Shown: positions 41,042 to 54,186 of the stretch, piece by piece
How positions within the stretch are numbered: the first letter of the stretch is position 1
How the letters are laid out: every line of letters starts with the position of its first letter
Assembly (NCBI GenBank): GCA_965218425.1
Contig: OZ244621.1
Coordinates: 1,472,001 to 1,536,000, forward strand
Reading direction: 5' to 3'
DNA from: an uncultured Candidatus Binatia bacterium
GTDB lineage: Bacteria; Desulfobacterota; Binatia; UBA9968; CAXXLF01
DNA length: 64,000 nt
Notes under the pieces: generated by a model
Told to the model about the DNA's origin: nothing
Database searches by the model: none
What the model saw: the letters and a program-made list of their open reading frames with translations, nothing else
Position numbers and translations under genes: made by a program

Positions 41042-41253
41042 AGGGCGCAATATGCAGGGTTCTAACTATGCCGTATTGGTAACAAGGATACTTCTACTCC
41101 GCGGGAAGTGAAGGTGTTAGCCCCGATCCAAGGGGCCCTGTCAACGGGTGGAATACTATCTAGCACCGGGACGAGTGGTCTTTGCCGGGGAGAATTCCAC
41201 AGGGTCTCGTTCCATAATTTCCGGCACATGATTCAATGGGGGGCCCTGGCGCT

Positions 41254-42396
41254 TCACACGTTTCCTAATTGAGGCATCACCTCTTTTTTGAAGAGATCCA
41301 GGGAGGCGAGAACCTTTTTGTGACTTAAATTACCGACATGAAACATTCCCATAAAATGATCGGCCCCCACCTGAACCATCTGTCCGTTGAGTTTTCGTGC
41401 TACGGTGTCTGGATTACCCGCTATCACGAACCCCGCCTCATCGAGCTCTTCCCAGCTAAGTTTCGAAAAGTCGATGCGTTCACGGTTCCCCTCCCGGAAA
41501 TAGCTGAAGGAACGATCGGTGTAAAGCGCCGCTCTGATCTCTTGCCGCGCGTCGACCTCTTTGTTTGAGCCCTGGTTGAATCCACGATTTAGCAAGGTAA
41601 AAAAGTAGCGCAGAGCAGGTTCGGCCAACTGACGAGCCTTTTCATCTGTTTCATCAACGTAAATGTGACGCGTGAGTATGAACTGTTCGGGGCCCACCTG
41701 CCAATTTTCCTCCGACGCCACCTTGCGATAATAGTTGAACGTGTCCTCGATCTGGCTAGTGGTCTGGTAGACTTGAGCCACCGCCTTACGCTGCTTGACG
41801 CACCATTCGATGGACTCCGAGCTACGCGCGGCAATCCAAACCGGCGGATGGGGTTGCTGAAGGGGCCGCGGCCAGAGAGCACAATTTTCCAGCTGAAAAT
41901 ACTTGCCATGGTAACTCCAAACGGGCTGACTCCACGCAGTCATGATGAGCTCATAGGCCTCTTCAAAACGACCCCGAGATTCATTGGGGTCGATATGATA
42001 CCATAGATACTCTGCAGGTATACCCCGAACGAATCCGGCGATGAGCCGACCACCCGTCAGGCAGTCGAGCATGGCGTACTCTTCAGCCACACGCACCGGG
42101 TGGTGACGTAGCGGCAGGACATTTCCCAAAACACCGATCTTGATTCGACTGGTTCTTCGACTGAGGGCGGCGGCGATCAGGTTAGGCGAAGGCATCATGC
42201 CATAGCCGCTGTAGTGATGCTCATTGAAAACAACACCCTCGAAACCAAGCTCTTCACAGTATTCCATCTCATCGAGATGCTCCTGATAGTTTTGAATGCC
42301 GACACCAGGCTCAAAGTAACTGTTGGGAACCGGGGTGCCGGGGGCGTCCGTTGGAACCTGTGGATACGCGAGGAGGTCAAAGTTATAGATCTTCAA
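41254..42396 (-). CDS. Luciferase-like (LLM) flavin-dependent oxidoreductase
   Basis: FNEHH, PVRVAEEYAMLD.LTGGRLIAGFVRG, PRPLQQPHPPVW. Confidence 0.9.
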   Translation of the reverse strand: MKIYNFDLLAYPQVPTDAPGTPVPNSYFEPGVGIQNYQEHLDEMEYCEELGFEGVVFNEHHYSGYGMMPSPNLIAAALSRRTSRIKIGVLGNVLPLRHHPVRVAEEYAMLDCLTGGRLIAGFVRGIPAEYLWYHIDPNESRGRFEEAYELIMTAWSQPVWSYHGKYFQLENCALWPRPLQQPHPPVWIAARSSESIEWCVKQRKAVAQVYQTTSQIEDTFNYYRKVASEENWQVGPEQFILTRHIYVDETDEKARQLAEPALRYFFTLLNRGFNQGSNKEVDARQEIRAALYTDRSFSYFREGNRERIDFSKLSWEELDEAGFVIAGNPDTVARKLNGQMVQVGADHFMGMFHVGNLSHKKVLASLDLFKKEVMPQLGNV

Positions 42397-42929
42397 TGGT
42401 TTCCCTTTCCCAGATCGACGATTTAGTGGAGATGCTAGCACTGGGCCCTTGAAAGGGTCAAGAGGGATTCACCGAGGCCACTTCGGCTCTGCTCGGGGGG
42501 CGAGCCTCGGTCCGGCAGAGCTCACCGTCGAGGCCCGGCCGCGGGCAAAAGGTCAATGAATATTTGAACGGCCACGTTCGATGCCCACGGCCGCACGTCT
42601 CACTTCCCTCGTCGAACTGTGGGGATTGAGGGCCTGCACCGAAATAAGCATTGAGTAACGAGTACTGAGTAGGGTGGAGTGGAAACGGAGGATGGAAGAT
42701 CACGGAGGCGGGAAGCAGAGCGCAAAGAATCCTGATATCTGCTGGTCGCTTTCTGCCATCCGTTCCCGCTTTGGGTTAAATTCTATGCGCTTCGCAATCC
42801 TCGCTAAACACTCAACACTGAGCACAAATTATCAACCATCGGCCCTCGCTGAGGGCTTCAACCTATGCTCAGCCGAACAGGTGGGCCTGCGAGCCTTCAA
42901 TCACACGGGTGACTGGGGCCAACTGTAAG

Positions 42930-43700
42930 CTATCTTTGCCCCTTGGCCACCTGTCCAGTTGGAACCGTAGTTTTTTCTTGTTCTTTCTTTTTCCGGTCAC
43001 CTTCAGGGATGATGAGCAGACGGCGGTAATCACCTCGACCTAGGCTCTTGGTGGTGAGCCAAGGGTCGTCTTCCAAGGCCAGGTGAATGACACGGCGATC
43101 ACGTGCGCTCAGGGAATCGACGCTCACTGCTGTTCTTTTCCTCTTGGCCTTCTCCCCCAATCTCAACGCCATATCCTCAAGAGTCTTTCTGCGCCGTTCG
43201 CGATAGTTTTCTGTATCGATGATCAATTGAGCACCATCGAGACCGCACCGGTCGTTTACCGCCCGCGTGAGAACGTACTGCAAAGCCTCCAGGGTCTGCC
43301 CCCGGCGCCCGATTAGAAGTCCGCCTCCCCCCGCCTGAATGTTGAGCAATACCTCCTGCGGACTGTCACCGGGCTTGATCTCAATCGTCGCCTCAATCCC
43401 CATTAGCTTGATGATTTCGGCCAAGACCCCTCTCCCATTGTCCCTCAGAGCCTCTAGCTTTGCCTCCGTGAGTCCTTCATCTTTAGGTTCTTGCTCGTTC
43501 TGCCGACCTTCCTTTTCAAGGGCCAAAGTCTCGCGCAGGGAAGCTCGAACCCGGGCCTTGCGGCTTCCAATTCCCAGCACTCCCTTTTTTGACTCCGCGA
43601 GGATCTCCACCGTCACGCGGTCACGTTCCACTCCAAGAACTTTCAGGGCATTGGCAATGGCCCCATCGATGGTTTCGCCTTCGGCTTCCACATGCTCCAT
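42930..43700 (-). CDS. jag: RNA-binding protein Jag/EloR (KH-R3H)
   Basis: KKGVLGIG, LIGRRGQTLEALQY, RRVIH. Confidence 0.93.
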   Translation of the reverse strand: MEHVEAEGETIDGAIANALKVLGVERDRVTVEILAESKKGVLGIGSRKARVRASLRETLALEKEGRQNEQEPKDEGLTEAKLEALRDNGRGVLAEIIKLMGIEATIEIKPGDSPQEVLLNIQAGGGGLLIGRRGQTLEALQYVLTRAVNDRCGLDGAQLIIDTENYRERRRKTLEDMALRLGEKAKRKRTAVSVDSLSARDRRVIHLALEDDPWLTTKSLGRGDYRRLLIIPEGDRKKKEQEKTTVPTGQVAKGQR

Positions 43701-43728
43701 GAAAAAGATACCTCCAACACAGAGTGTT

Positions 43729-45351
43729 CTACTTTACCATACGGTTGATAATGTACTGTTGCCCAATGGTCAGAATATTGTTGATCAGCCAGTAAATCGT
43801 TAGGCCAGCGGGAAAGGTGACAAACAGAACCGTGAAGACCACTGGCATCATCATCATCATTCTTCTTTGATTCGGGTCGCCAACGGATGGTGTCATCCAC
43901 TGCTGCACGAACATACTAGCACCCATAAGAAGCACGAGTACAGGGAGTCCCACATTCCAGCCCAACAGAGTGAAAGGCAGGGACTCGTAATCGGGGCGTG
44001 AGAGGTCCTGGATCCACAGAAAAGAAGCGTGCCGCAGCTCGATGGGAGTACGCAACGCATTGTATAGACCGATGAAGACCGGAAACTGGAGCAACATGGG
44101 AAGACACCCCCCCAAAGGATTCACCTTGTTGCGCTTGTAGAGATCCATGATCTCTCGATTCATTTTTTCCTTGTCGTTTTTATATCGGTCGCGGATACGC
44201 TGCATCTGCGGCTGCAGCTTTTGCATCTGTTTCATAGAGACAAAACTCTTATGGGTCAGGGGAGCAAGGAGAAGTTTGATTAGGATAGTGAGGAGGATGA
44301 TATCCATGCCATAGCTCCCGGTGAAACGGTGGGAGAAGCGTAAGACTTGGAGGAGCGGAGCAGCTACAAGGGTAAACCATCCAAAATCGATGGACCGCTC
44401 CAATCCTTTTCCCAATGCTTTCAATGCATCCACGTCCTTGGGGCCGATGAAAAGGGTGGTACTGGCCCTTTGCCCTGAACCTTTGGGAGCCTGGGTCGCA
44501 AGATTCATTTGAAGTCCGGGTCCCGCCTGTTTCACTTCGAGGGTGCTCTGGGCCGGGCCATCCGGCACTATGGCAAATAAAAAGTAGGTATATCCAAATC
44601 CGGCCCAATCAATCTGGCCGCTTATCTTTTTACCCTCTTTGAGGTCCTCACCACCTTCCCGGGTCAGTTTCCCGCCCACCAGGGTTACGAGCCCCTCAAA
44701 GACTGCATCCTGGGCAACGGTCTGGTGGTTTCCCCCCGTGGTCAGGAGTAGGCTCGGTGGAGCCCCCCGATTTGCCCCTCCGGTAGTGACCTCCAAATCG
44801 ATTGTGTAAAGGGAGCCTGTGAAAGTGAACTTCTTGATCAGGGTGGCGCCCCAGGGAGTCCGGCCCTGAAATGTAAGCACCCCTTTGCCGTCACCGCTAA
44901 GCATGAGGCTTCTACCCCGGCCTTTATAAACCATGGATTCGTCGTTGAAGGGCTCGGGTTCCTGGAACTGCAACCCAAGCGGATAGGGGACACCCCGCGT
45001 CGCAGAGACCATCTCAAAGTTAGGACTGTCCTTGCCAATTGAAGTACGGTATTGCTTCAACAGTAGACTCTTCAGTCGCCCGCCCCGGTTGGTGAAAACA
45101 GCAATATAGTGATCCGTCTCCACCCTGAACTCTTTCACCGGTTGCTGGACCTTTTGTTCCCCCTGTGCGGGAATCGTTGGGGTGACCCTTTGAGCCTCTT
45201 CAATGGGCTTGGGTAAAGGCCTCGGTTGAGGAGTGACTCCCCGAGATGGTCGGTTCTCCTGAGGAGTCTCATAGTAACGACTCACCCACTCTTGGTAGAG
45301 GATGAGAATGGCAATGGAGAGAACGATGGCTATAAGGGCATTTTTTTCCAT
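43729..45351 (-). CDS. yidC: Membrane protein insertase
   Basis: IDFGWF, GGCLPMLLQFPVF, FPAGLTIYW. Confidence 0.95.
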   Translation of the reverse strand: MEKNALIAIVLSIAILILYQEWVSRYYETPQENRPSRGVTPQPRPLPKPIEEAQRVTPTIPAQGEQKVQQPVKEFRVETDHYIAVFTNRGGRLKSLLLKQYRTSIGKDSPNFEMVSATRGVPYPLGLQFQEPEPFNDESMVYKGRGRSLMLSGDGKGVLTFQGRTPWGATLIKKFTFTGSLYTIDLEVTTGGANRGAPPSLLLTTGGNHQTVAQDAVFEGLVTLVGGKLTREGGEDLKEGKKISGQIDWAGFGYTYFLFAIVPDGPAQSTLEVKQAGPGLQMNLATQAPKGSGQRASTTLFIGPKDVDALKALGKGLERSIDFGWFTLVAAPLLQVLRFSHRFTGSYGMDIILLTILIKLLLAPLTHKSFVSMKQMQKLQPQMQRIRDRYKNDKEKMNREIMDLYKRNKVNPLGGCLPMLLQFPVFIGLYNALRTPIELRHASFLWIQDLSRPDYESLPFTLLGWNVGLPVLVLLMGASMFVQQWMTPSVGDPNQRRMMMMMPVVFTVLFVTFPAGLTIYWLINNILTIGQQYIINRMVK

Positions 45352-45361
45352 GGTGGGTGTT

Positions 45362-45598
45362 TTAAGGAACTGGGTCAACACCACCCTGATGAAGTGGGTG
45401 GCAACGGAGAAGCCTAAGCAGCCCGAGCCATATACCCTTTAGGCACCCGTGGCGAGACACGGCTTCAAGGGTATAAGCCGAACAGCTTGGGAAAAAACGG
45501 CAGGATGGGGGGAGGAGCGGAGACAAGAACAAACGATACCCTGAAAGAATAAGAATGAGCCCTCTGCTGCTTAAACCAGCCATACCTCCTACCTTCAC
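45362..45598 (-). CDS. yidD: Membrane protein insertion efficiency factor
   Basis: [27 protein letters not shown]. Confidence 0.93.
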   Translation of the reverse strand: MKVGGMAGLSSRGLILILSGYRLFLSPLLPPSCRFFPSCSAYTLEAVSRHGCLKGIWLGLLRLLRCHPLHQGGVDPVP

Positions 45599-45939
45599 AG
45601 GGAAGAACAGGCCTTCCCGAGTTCCCTCACCACCTGCTGGTGAGACAGATCTCCTGCCCCTTTCCTGGCGATGATTAGCAGATCCCGGTGGGCAGACAAG
45701 GAGATTTGCCGCCTGCGGAAATATTCCCGCAGAAATCTCTTAATCCGATTACGGACCACTGCTCCCCCTATTCTCGCGCTAACCGTGATGCCCAGTCGAT
45801 GGACTTCCTTAGCGTTGGCCCTGCTAATGACTATAAAATGTGGGGCGTAGACCTTCTTCTCCCCGCGTGAAAGGCTGAGAAACTCGGAGCGTCTGGTGAG
45901 ACGGGCACTCTTTGGGAACCCTTCCCGGCCCTGCGCCAA
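45595..45939 (-). CDS. rnpA: RNase P protein component
   Basis: RLGITVS...[13 protein letters not shown]. Confidence 0.93.
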   Translation of the reverse strand: MAQGREGFPKSARLTRRSEFLSLSRGEKKVYAPHFIVISRANAKEVHRLGITVSARIGGAVVRNRIKRFLREYFRRRQISLSAHRDLLIIARKGAGDLSHQQVVRELGKACSSL

Positions 45940-45953
45940 CTCTATGCCCCGTC

Positions 45954-46115
45954 CTAAGAACGAGCCTGTTTAGGCGGTATCGTAACAGACAGTTTCCTTC
46001 GCCCCTTCGCCCTTCTCCGTTTCAGAACCTTGCGTCCCCCAGGGGTAGCCATCCGTGCCAGGAAACCGTGGGTCCTCTTCCGCCTGATATTACTTGGTTG
46101 ATATGTCCGTTTCAT
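45954..46115 (-). CDS. rpmH: 50S ribosomal protein L34
   Basis: Manual translation [53 protein letters not shown]; missed by the ORF track. Confidence 0.97.
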   Translation of the reverse strand: MKRTYQPSNIRRKRTHGFLARMATPGGRKVLKRRRAKGRRKLSVTIPPKQARS

Positions 46116-46220
46116 GTGAGATCCTTAAGCCAATCTAGCCATGCGTCCTCTATTTCAAGCATAGAGCGCCACCCTTGTCAATTTTGACCTTCGGTTTTAA
46201 CGAGGAAATCGATCGTCGAA

Positions 46221-47228
46221 TCAAGGGAGTTCACGCTTAAGACTGCGTTGCATGAGATCGCGGACAGCGCCCATGGGGTCTTTATTCTCGTATAAAACCT
46301 GGCACATTTGGTCGACAATTGGCATCTCGACCTCCAGCTTTTGGGCCAGGAGATGCACGGAACGAGTATTACGGACACCTTCCGCCACCATACGGGTGCC
46401 GGCCAGGATTTCACTGGTCTTTCGCCCTTTGGCAATCTCCAGACCCACTCTCCGATTTCGGCTCAACTCTCCCGTACAGGTCAATATCAGGTCTCCCAGA
46501 CCTGGGAGCCCTGACAGGGTGAGCGGCTCTGCCCCCATGCGTACCGCCAGGCGTGTCATCTCAGCCAATCCGCGGGTCATTAATGCGGCACGCGCATTGT
46601 CACCCAGGGCCAATCCGTCACTGATGCCTGCTGCTATGGCGATCACATTCTTCACCACCCCACCCATTTGCACCCCGACTACATCGTGCGACGTATAAAC
46701 CCTAAAGTTTTGGGTGCTTAGGGTCTTTTGAACCTCACTGCCCACCTTATCGTCGTAGGCTGCGAGAGTGATGGCCGCGGGAAGTCCCCGAGCCACCTCA
46801 AGGGCAAAGCTTGGACCGGAAAGGAAGGTCTGTTGTTTCCTCTTTGGCTCACCCACGAGATCAATGAGAACCTCGCCCATGGTTAAAAGGCTTCCTTCTT
46901 CAATCCCCTTAGTCCCACAAACCAAGGTTGCCTGGGGCGACATATGGGACACAACCCCTTGCAAGACCCCGCGTACGAAATGGGAGGGTACTGCGAAGAG
47001 CAAAATATCTTTCTCGGCAACCGTCCTTTTCAGGGAACCGGTGATTTTGAGTTGTGGAGGCAGGGAAATCCCGGGGAGATAGGTAACGTTTTCACCCTTC
47101 GTCTTTACCTCCCGAAGGGTCTCCTCCCCGTGACACCACAGGGTGACCTCATCGCCTTTGTCGGAGAGCAGTTTGGCAAGGGCCGTCCCCCAGCCCCCAG
47201 CCCCGATAATCCCGATTGCCCGTCCCAT
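46221..47228 (-). CDS. gpsA: NAD(P)H-dependent glycerol-3-phosphate dehydrogenase
   Basis: GAGGWGTALA, SGPSFA, KNVIAIAAG, GDLILTC..SRN. Confidence 0.95.
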   Translation of the reverse strand: MGRAIGIIGAGGWGTALAKLLSDKGDEVTLWCHGEETLREVKTKGENVTYLPGISLPPQLKITGSLKRTVAEKDILLFAVPSHFVRGVLQGVVSHMSPQATLVCGTKGIEEGSLLTMGEVLIDLVGEPKRKQQTFLSGPSFALEVARGLPAAITLAAYDDKVGSEVQKTLSTQNFRVYTSHDVVGVQMGGVVKNVIAIAAGISDGLALGDNARAALMTRGLAEMTRLAVRMGAEPLTLSGLPGLGDLILTCTGELSRNRRVGLEIAKGRKTSEILAGTRMVAEGVRNTRSVHLLAQKLEVEMPIVDQMCQVLYENKDPMGAVRDLMQRSLKRELP

Positions 47229-47283
47229 GGCTCTCGTAAACCGTTATGGTTAATCGCTTACTCGCAAACCGAAAAGTGGGTCC

Positions 47284-47339
47284 CGGTTACTCGATAATCG
47301 TTATTCGTTACTGGTTATTCCTTAATAGTTTATCGTTAT
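47284..47339. repeat. Degenerate heptamer tandem repeat (consensus TCGTTAY, 8 units)
   Basis: CGGTTAC TCGATAA TCGTTAT TCGTTAC TGGTTAT TCCTTAA TAGTTTA TCGTTAT. Confidence 0.75.
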
Positions 47340-47405
47340 GGGTGAATTGATGACTCGCTTATGGATGAGGGTAAATGAAGGCAACAATTTATACGATTAA
47401 CGAAA

Positions 47406-49880
47406 TTATTCTTCCTGTTCCTGACCTTCAACTTCGTCCTCGTCGTCTTTTTCCGCCAATCGCGCTACGGCAACGACTCGTTCTCCGTCTTCCATCTCAA
47501 TGAGACGCACCCCCTGGGTATTTCGGCCGATGGTGCTGATGTCTTTTACCCTCAGACGAATGATTTTGCCATTGTTCGTTACCATCATGAGCTGGTCATC
47601 ATCGGTGACTTGATGGACCCCGATAACCCGTCCGGTCTTTTCGGTGGTTTTCATGGTAATGACGCCCTTACCGCCGCGGGATTGGAGACGGTACTCATCC
47701 ATGGCCGTGCGCTTCCCATAGCCATTCTCCGCCACGGTGAGCAGGCTCGCGCCCCGGCTAAGCATTTCCATGCTCACCACGCGGTCGTCCTTCTCCAGGC
47801 TGATCCCGCTCACTCCAAAGGTTCCTCTCCCGGTGGGCCGGACCTGACCTTCCTTGAAGCGAATGGACTGTCCGTTGAGGGTTGAGAGGAGCACCTCTTG
47901 CTGTCCATCGGTTAAACGGACTCCAATGACTTCGTCCCCTGCATCTAGTCCGATGGCACGAATCCCCGTGGAGCGAGGATTGGAATAGGCCATGAGCTCG
48001 GTCTTCTTGACAACTCCACCTTTGGTGGCAAACACCACAAAGCGTCCCTCCTGAAACTCACGAACCGGGAGGAAGGCGGAAATTTTTTCTCCTTCTTCCA
48101 GACGGAGCAGGTTCACAATGGCCCTTCCCCTTGCCGCCCTCCCTGCCTGTGGTAACTCGTGAACTTTGATCCAATAGACTTTACCAGTAGTGGTAAAAAA
48201 GAGGATATAGGAATGAGTAGAAGCCACAAAGAGGTGCTCAAGAAAGTCCTCGTCTCGCGTCGTTGCCCCCATTTTTCCCTTTCCACCGCGGCGTTGGGCA
48301 CGGTAGAGGGTCACGGGGTTACGTTTGATATAGCCCTCATGCGACACGGTGACCGCCATATCTTCTTCGACGATGAGATCTTCCACGGAAATCGCCTCAG
48401 ACTGATCGATGATCTCGGTTCGGCGCGGGTCAGCGTATTCCTTCTTCATCTCCTGAAGCTCTTCGACGATGATGCGGTAGACCTCTTTCTCATCGGCCAG
48501 AATCCCTCGCAACCTGGCGATGAGTTCCGTAGTTTCTTTGTGCTCGCTCAACACCTTATCTCTCTCCAGACCTGTGAGCCTCTGAAGCCGCATGTCCAAA
48601 ATGGCCCGGGCCTGGATCTCAGACAAACCAAAGCCGGCCATAAGACCTTCCTTGGCCGTTGCGGGATCCTTGGACTCGCGAATCAGTTGGATCACCTGAT
48701 CCAGGTGGTCCAGAGCGATTCTCAGCCCTGCCAGGATGTGTAAACGCTCCTCGGCTTTGCGCAGGTCATAGGCGGTACGACGTGTGACCACCTCTTTGCG
48801 GTGGTCCAGGAAGGCCTTTAGGGCATCCTTCAGGCCAAGGATCTTGGGTCGCCCGTCTGCGATGGCCAGCATGTTGACGCCAAAAGACTCCTGCAAGGCG
48901 GTGTGTTTGTAAAGCTGGTTGATCACCACCTCGGGAACTGCGTCTCGTTTAAGCTCCACCACAATGCGCATCCCATCGCGATCGGATTCGTCCCTCAGAT
49001 CTGAGATCCCCTCCACTTTTTTATCCTGTACCAGTACCGCCATTTGCTCGATGAGACGTGCCTTGTTCACCAAAAATGGAATCTCACGGATGATAATCTG
49101 CTCTTTGCCCGTACGCTTCATTGTCTCGGTAAAGAGTTTGGCTCGCATCTGGAGGGTCCCCCGTCCTTCCCTGTACGCTTGGCGGATGGTTTCCCTACCA
49201 TAAATGAATCCTCCCGTAGGAAAGTCAGGGCCCGGTATGAAGGTCATGAGCTCGTCCACAGAAATTTCTGGATTTTCAACCATGGCCACCAAACCGTCCA
49301 CCACCTCTCCCAGGTTGTGTGGGGGGATATTGGTAGCCATGCCCACCGCAATGCCAGCGCCACCGTTAATCAGGAGGTTGGGAATTCGGGAGGGGAGAAC
49401 CGCGGGTTCTTTGGTGGAATCATCGTAGTTGGGAATGAAATCAACGGTCTCTTTATCAATGTCCGCTAAGATTTCCTCGGCGATTCGGGTCATGCGGATT
49501 TCCGTGTACCGCATGGCCGCGGGAGGGTCGCCGTCTACGGAGCCAAAATTTCCCTGCCCATCCACCAGTAGGTAGCGCATGGAGAAATCCTGGGCCATAC
49601 GTACAATGGTGTCATAGACCGCCACATCCCCATGTGGATGATATTTCCCGATGACATCGCCCACCACGCGGGCGGATTTTTTATAAGGGGCGTTCCAGGA
49701 ATTGCTGATATCGTACATGGCATAAAGGACCCGTCGATGAACCGGCTTGAGCCCGTCGCACACATTGGGCACCGCCCGGCCGATGATGACGCTCATGGCA
49801 TAGTCCATATAGGACTGCCGCATCTCATCTTCGATATAAACGGGAACCTTTTGCTGCTTAAGGGTGGCTTCCATTTCCAT
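47406..49880 (-). CDS. gyrA: DNA gyrase subunit A
   Basis: [15 protein letters not shown], GyrA-box QRRGGKG. Confidence 0.98.
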   Translation of the reverse strand: MEMEATLKQQKVPVYIEDEMRQSYMDYAMSVIIGRAVPNVCDGLKPVHRRVLYAMYDISNSWNAPYKKSARVVGDVIGKYHPHGDVAVYDTIVRMAQDFSMRYLLVDGQGNFGSVDGDPPAAMRYTEIRMTRIAEEILADIDKETVDFIPNYDDSTKEPAVLPSRIPNLLINGGAGIAVGMATNIPPHNLGEVVDGLVAMVENPEISVDELMTFIPGPDFPTGGFIYGRETIRQAYREGRGTLQMRAKLFTETMKRTGKEQIIIREIPFLVNKARLIEQMAVLVQDKKVEGISDLRDESDRDGMRIVVELKRDAVPEVVINQLYKHTALQESFGVNMLAIADGRPKILGLKDALKAFLDHRKEVVTRRTAYDLRKAEERLHILAGLRIALDHLDQVIQLIRESKDPATAKEGLMAGFGLSEIQARAILDMRLQRLTGLERDKVLSEHKETTELIARLRGILADEKEVYRIIVEELQEMKKEYADPRRTEIIDQSEAISVEDLIVEEDMAVTVSHEGYIKRNPVTLYRAQRRGGKGKMGATTRDEDFLEHLFVASTHSYILFFTTTGKVYWIKVHELPQAGRAARGRAIVNLLRLEEGEKISAFLPVREFQEGRFVVFATKGGVVKKTELMAYSNPRSTGIRAIGLDAGDEVIGVRLTDGQQEVLLSTLNGQSIRFKEGQVRPTGRGTFGVSGISLEKDDRVVSMEMLSRGASLLTVAENGYGKRTAMDEYRLQSRGGKGVITMKTTEKTGRVIGVHQVTDDDQLMMVTNNGKIIRLRVKDISTIGRNTQGVRLIEMEDGERVVAVARLAEKDDEDEVEGQEQEE

Positions 49881-49887
49881 TAACAAA

Positions 49888-49953
49888 GTTCAAAACGTTC
49901 AAGTGGTTCAAACGGTATTGAACTTACTTAAGCGCATTGGACTGCTTGAACGG
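49888..49953. repeat. 9-bp-period repeat with inverted half between gyrB and gyrA
   Basis: GTTCAAAAC GTTCAAGTG GTTCAAACG ... TTGAAC ... TTGGAC ... TTGAACGG. Confidence 0.7.
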
Positions 49954-49962
49954 TCTTCAGTA

Positions 49963-52440
<2,478 letters not shown>

Positions 52441-52459
52441 CTATTTTTTTACCGTCTAA

Positions 52460-52488
52460 ATTATAGTGAGAATGCAATAAAAAGTAAA
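52460..52488 (-). promoter_or_regulatory. sigma-70 promoter of gyrB
   Basis: TTTACT-N17-TATAAT on the minus strand in an AT-rich spacer. Confidence 0.7.
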
Positions 52489-52582
52489 GAGAAATAGATA
52501 GTTTTTAGCAATCAGACTTAGGAGAAATAGAATTTATAAAACCGTGTTCTAATATAAAGCTCTACGCTGATCTGTATTGGGA

Positions 52583-53260
52583 TTAGCGTGTATCGCGGTA
52601 AAATCGCTTGAGATAAATTGGTGATACCCCAGCCAGGAAGAGTACCCTCATCGCCCACATCTTCAAAACCGTCAGCAAAACCCCTTCCATTTCCCACCTT
52701 CGCGATGACGTAACAACTTCGGACCTCAAGCAGGCCACCTTACCTTGTCGTTTGAGAGCCCGAGAAAAGGCAATGTCTTCCATCAAGGGGATGTCAGGAA
52801 ACCCCCCCATGCCGTCAAAGACCTCACGGCGCACAAAAATTGCCTGGTCCCCCGTACCAACTTTGGTCCATCGGGAACGGAGATTGATGAGCCTGCCGAT
52901 CATTTGAAATCTCCAACCAGCGGAATCCAGCTTGACATCAAAGCGCCCGCCTACGCACTGGGGATCTCGCAACGCCAAGCAAATATCATTTACGGCGCTC
53001 GAAGGGAGCCGTGTATCAGCGTGGAGAAACAGGAGGATCTCTCCGCTTGCCAAATTGGCGCCGTGGTTCATCTGCCGGGATCTAGGACTCGGAGATGAGG
53101 CGAGTGTGGCCGGGGTCCGTGCTACTGTCTCACGTGTGCGGTCTGAGCTACCGCCATCCACCACGATCACTTCCCGGACGGCAAGGGACGCCAGGGATTT
53201 TAGGGTCGCGGCAATGGTCCTTTCTTCATTGAGCACCGGTACAATGATCGAGATTCGCAC
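52583..53260 (-). CDS. GT2 glycosyltransferase, TIGR04283 (arsenosugar-associated) type
   Basis: SIIVPVLNE, VDGGS.D, LFLHADT, GDQAIF, PLMED, TSSRRW; alternative start at 53293. Confidence 0.85.
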   Translation of the reverse strand: MRISIIVPVLNEERTIAATLKSLASLAVREVIVVDGGSSDRTRETVARTPATLASSPSPRSRQMNHGANLASGEILLFLHADTRLPSSAVNDICLALRDPQCVGGRFDVKLDSAGWRFQMIGRLINLRSRWTKVGTGDQAIFVRREVFDGMGGFPDIPLMEDIAFSRALKRQGKVACLRSEVVTSSRRWEMEGVLLTVLKMWAMRVLFLAGVSPIYLKRFYRDTR

Positions 53261-53271
53261 CCTCTGTTGTC

Positions 53272-54101
53272 TTATCGTCTCCACGCGAACCATTTCTTGA
53301 ACAGAGTTTTCAAAGTCGGCGTTAGCCTCTGCCTCATGTACTGGTCGCCGATTTTCTTTAAAACCTCGGCCTGAGTTGGATAGGGATGAATAGTTGCAGA
53401 AAGCGCCGATACCTTAAGGCCCGACGTGATGGCCAGGGTGAGTTCGCTGATCATCTCACCGGCATGACGGGCAACAATTGTACCGCCAAGAAGCTTTCCG
53501 TTTTTTCTATCGTAGTGGACCCGTGCGAAACCCTCCTCTTCACCGTCCAAGAGGGCACGATCAACATGGCTAAATCGCTCTGTCAGGGTTGCCACTTCAA
53601 CACCCGGTAAGCCATCGGTCCCATAGACTCCCACGTGGGCCACTTCGGGGTCGGTGTAAGTGCACCGGGGATCACAAGACCGCTTGCCTTTCGCCGTCCG
53701 AAGAAAAGGGAGCTGGCCAGGACAATCCGGGCCATGGCCTCGGAAAAAGTAACGGACGGTTTTGAGCCGGACCGCGCCCCGTATTGCCACTGCCCATTAC
53801 GTCAAAGGCTGCTCGTGAGGCCCGAATAACTCCCTTGAACGGGACACAATCCATGTTCAGGCAGTCACCCCCCATCAAATTGCGCTCCACAAGGGCCACC
53901 TTAGCACCTAAACGCGGCTCCTGCAGCGCTCACCAACCCGGCGGTACTGGCGCCTATTACCACGAGATTGTATTTTCCTACAGGGCTAGGGCTGGTCCAA
54001 TTGGAAGGGTGGCAGTTCTCCACCAGTTGCTGATCGCAACGATCCTCAACCAGTATCGACCGATGGAACGATGGTGAAAAAGGCTCGCTTAGATCAGGCA
54101 T
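53272..54101 (-). pseudogene. Mercuric-reductase-like pyridine nucleotide-disulfide oxidoreductase, frameshifted and internally deleted
   Basis: YNLVVIGASTAGLVSA; GGDCLNMDCVP in another frame; jumps to PRCTYTDPEVAHVG...IHPYPTQAE; only about 830 bp. Confidence 0.85.
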
Positions 54102-54186
54102 GTATTAACCCCGTGTCCTTCCCCCGTTAAATCCTTGTTAATGGAAGACCGTTGGACGATGATTAAAAATAATTCTCTCCGCCGCC

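Noticed and set aside
53272..54101. Functional merA mercury-resistance gene
   Set aside because: Frameshifted, central domain deleted, no C-terminal Cys pair and no mer operon
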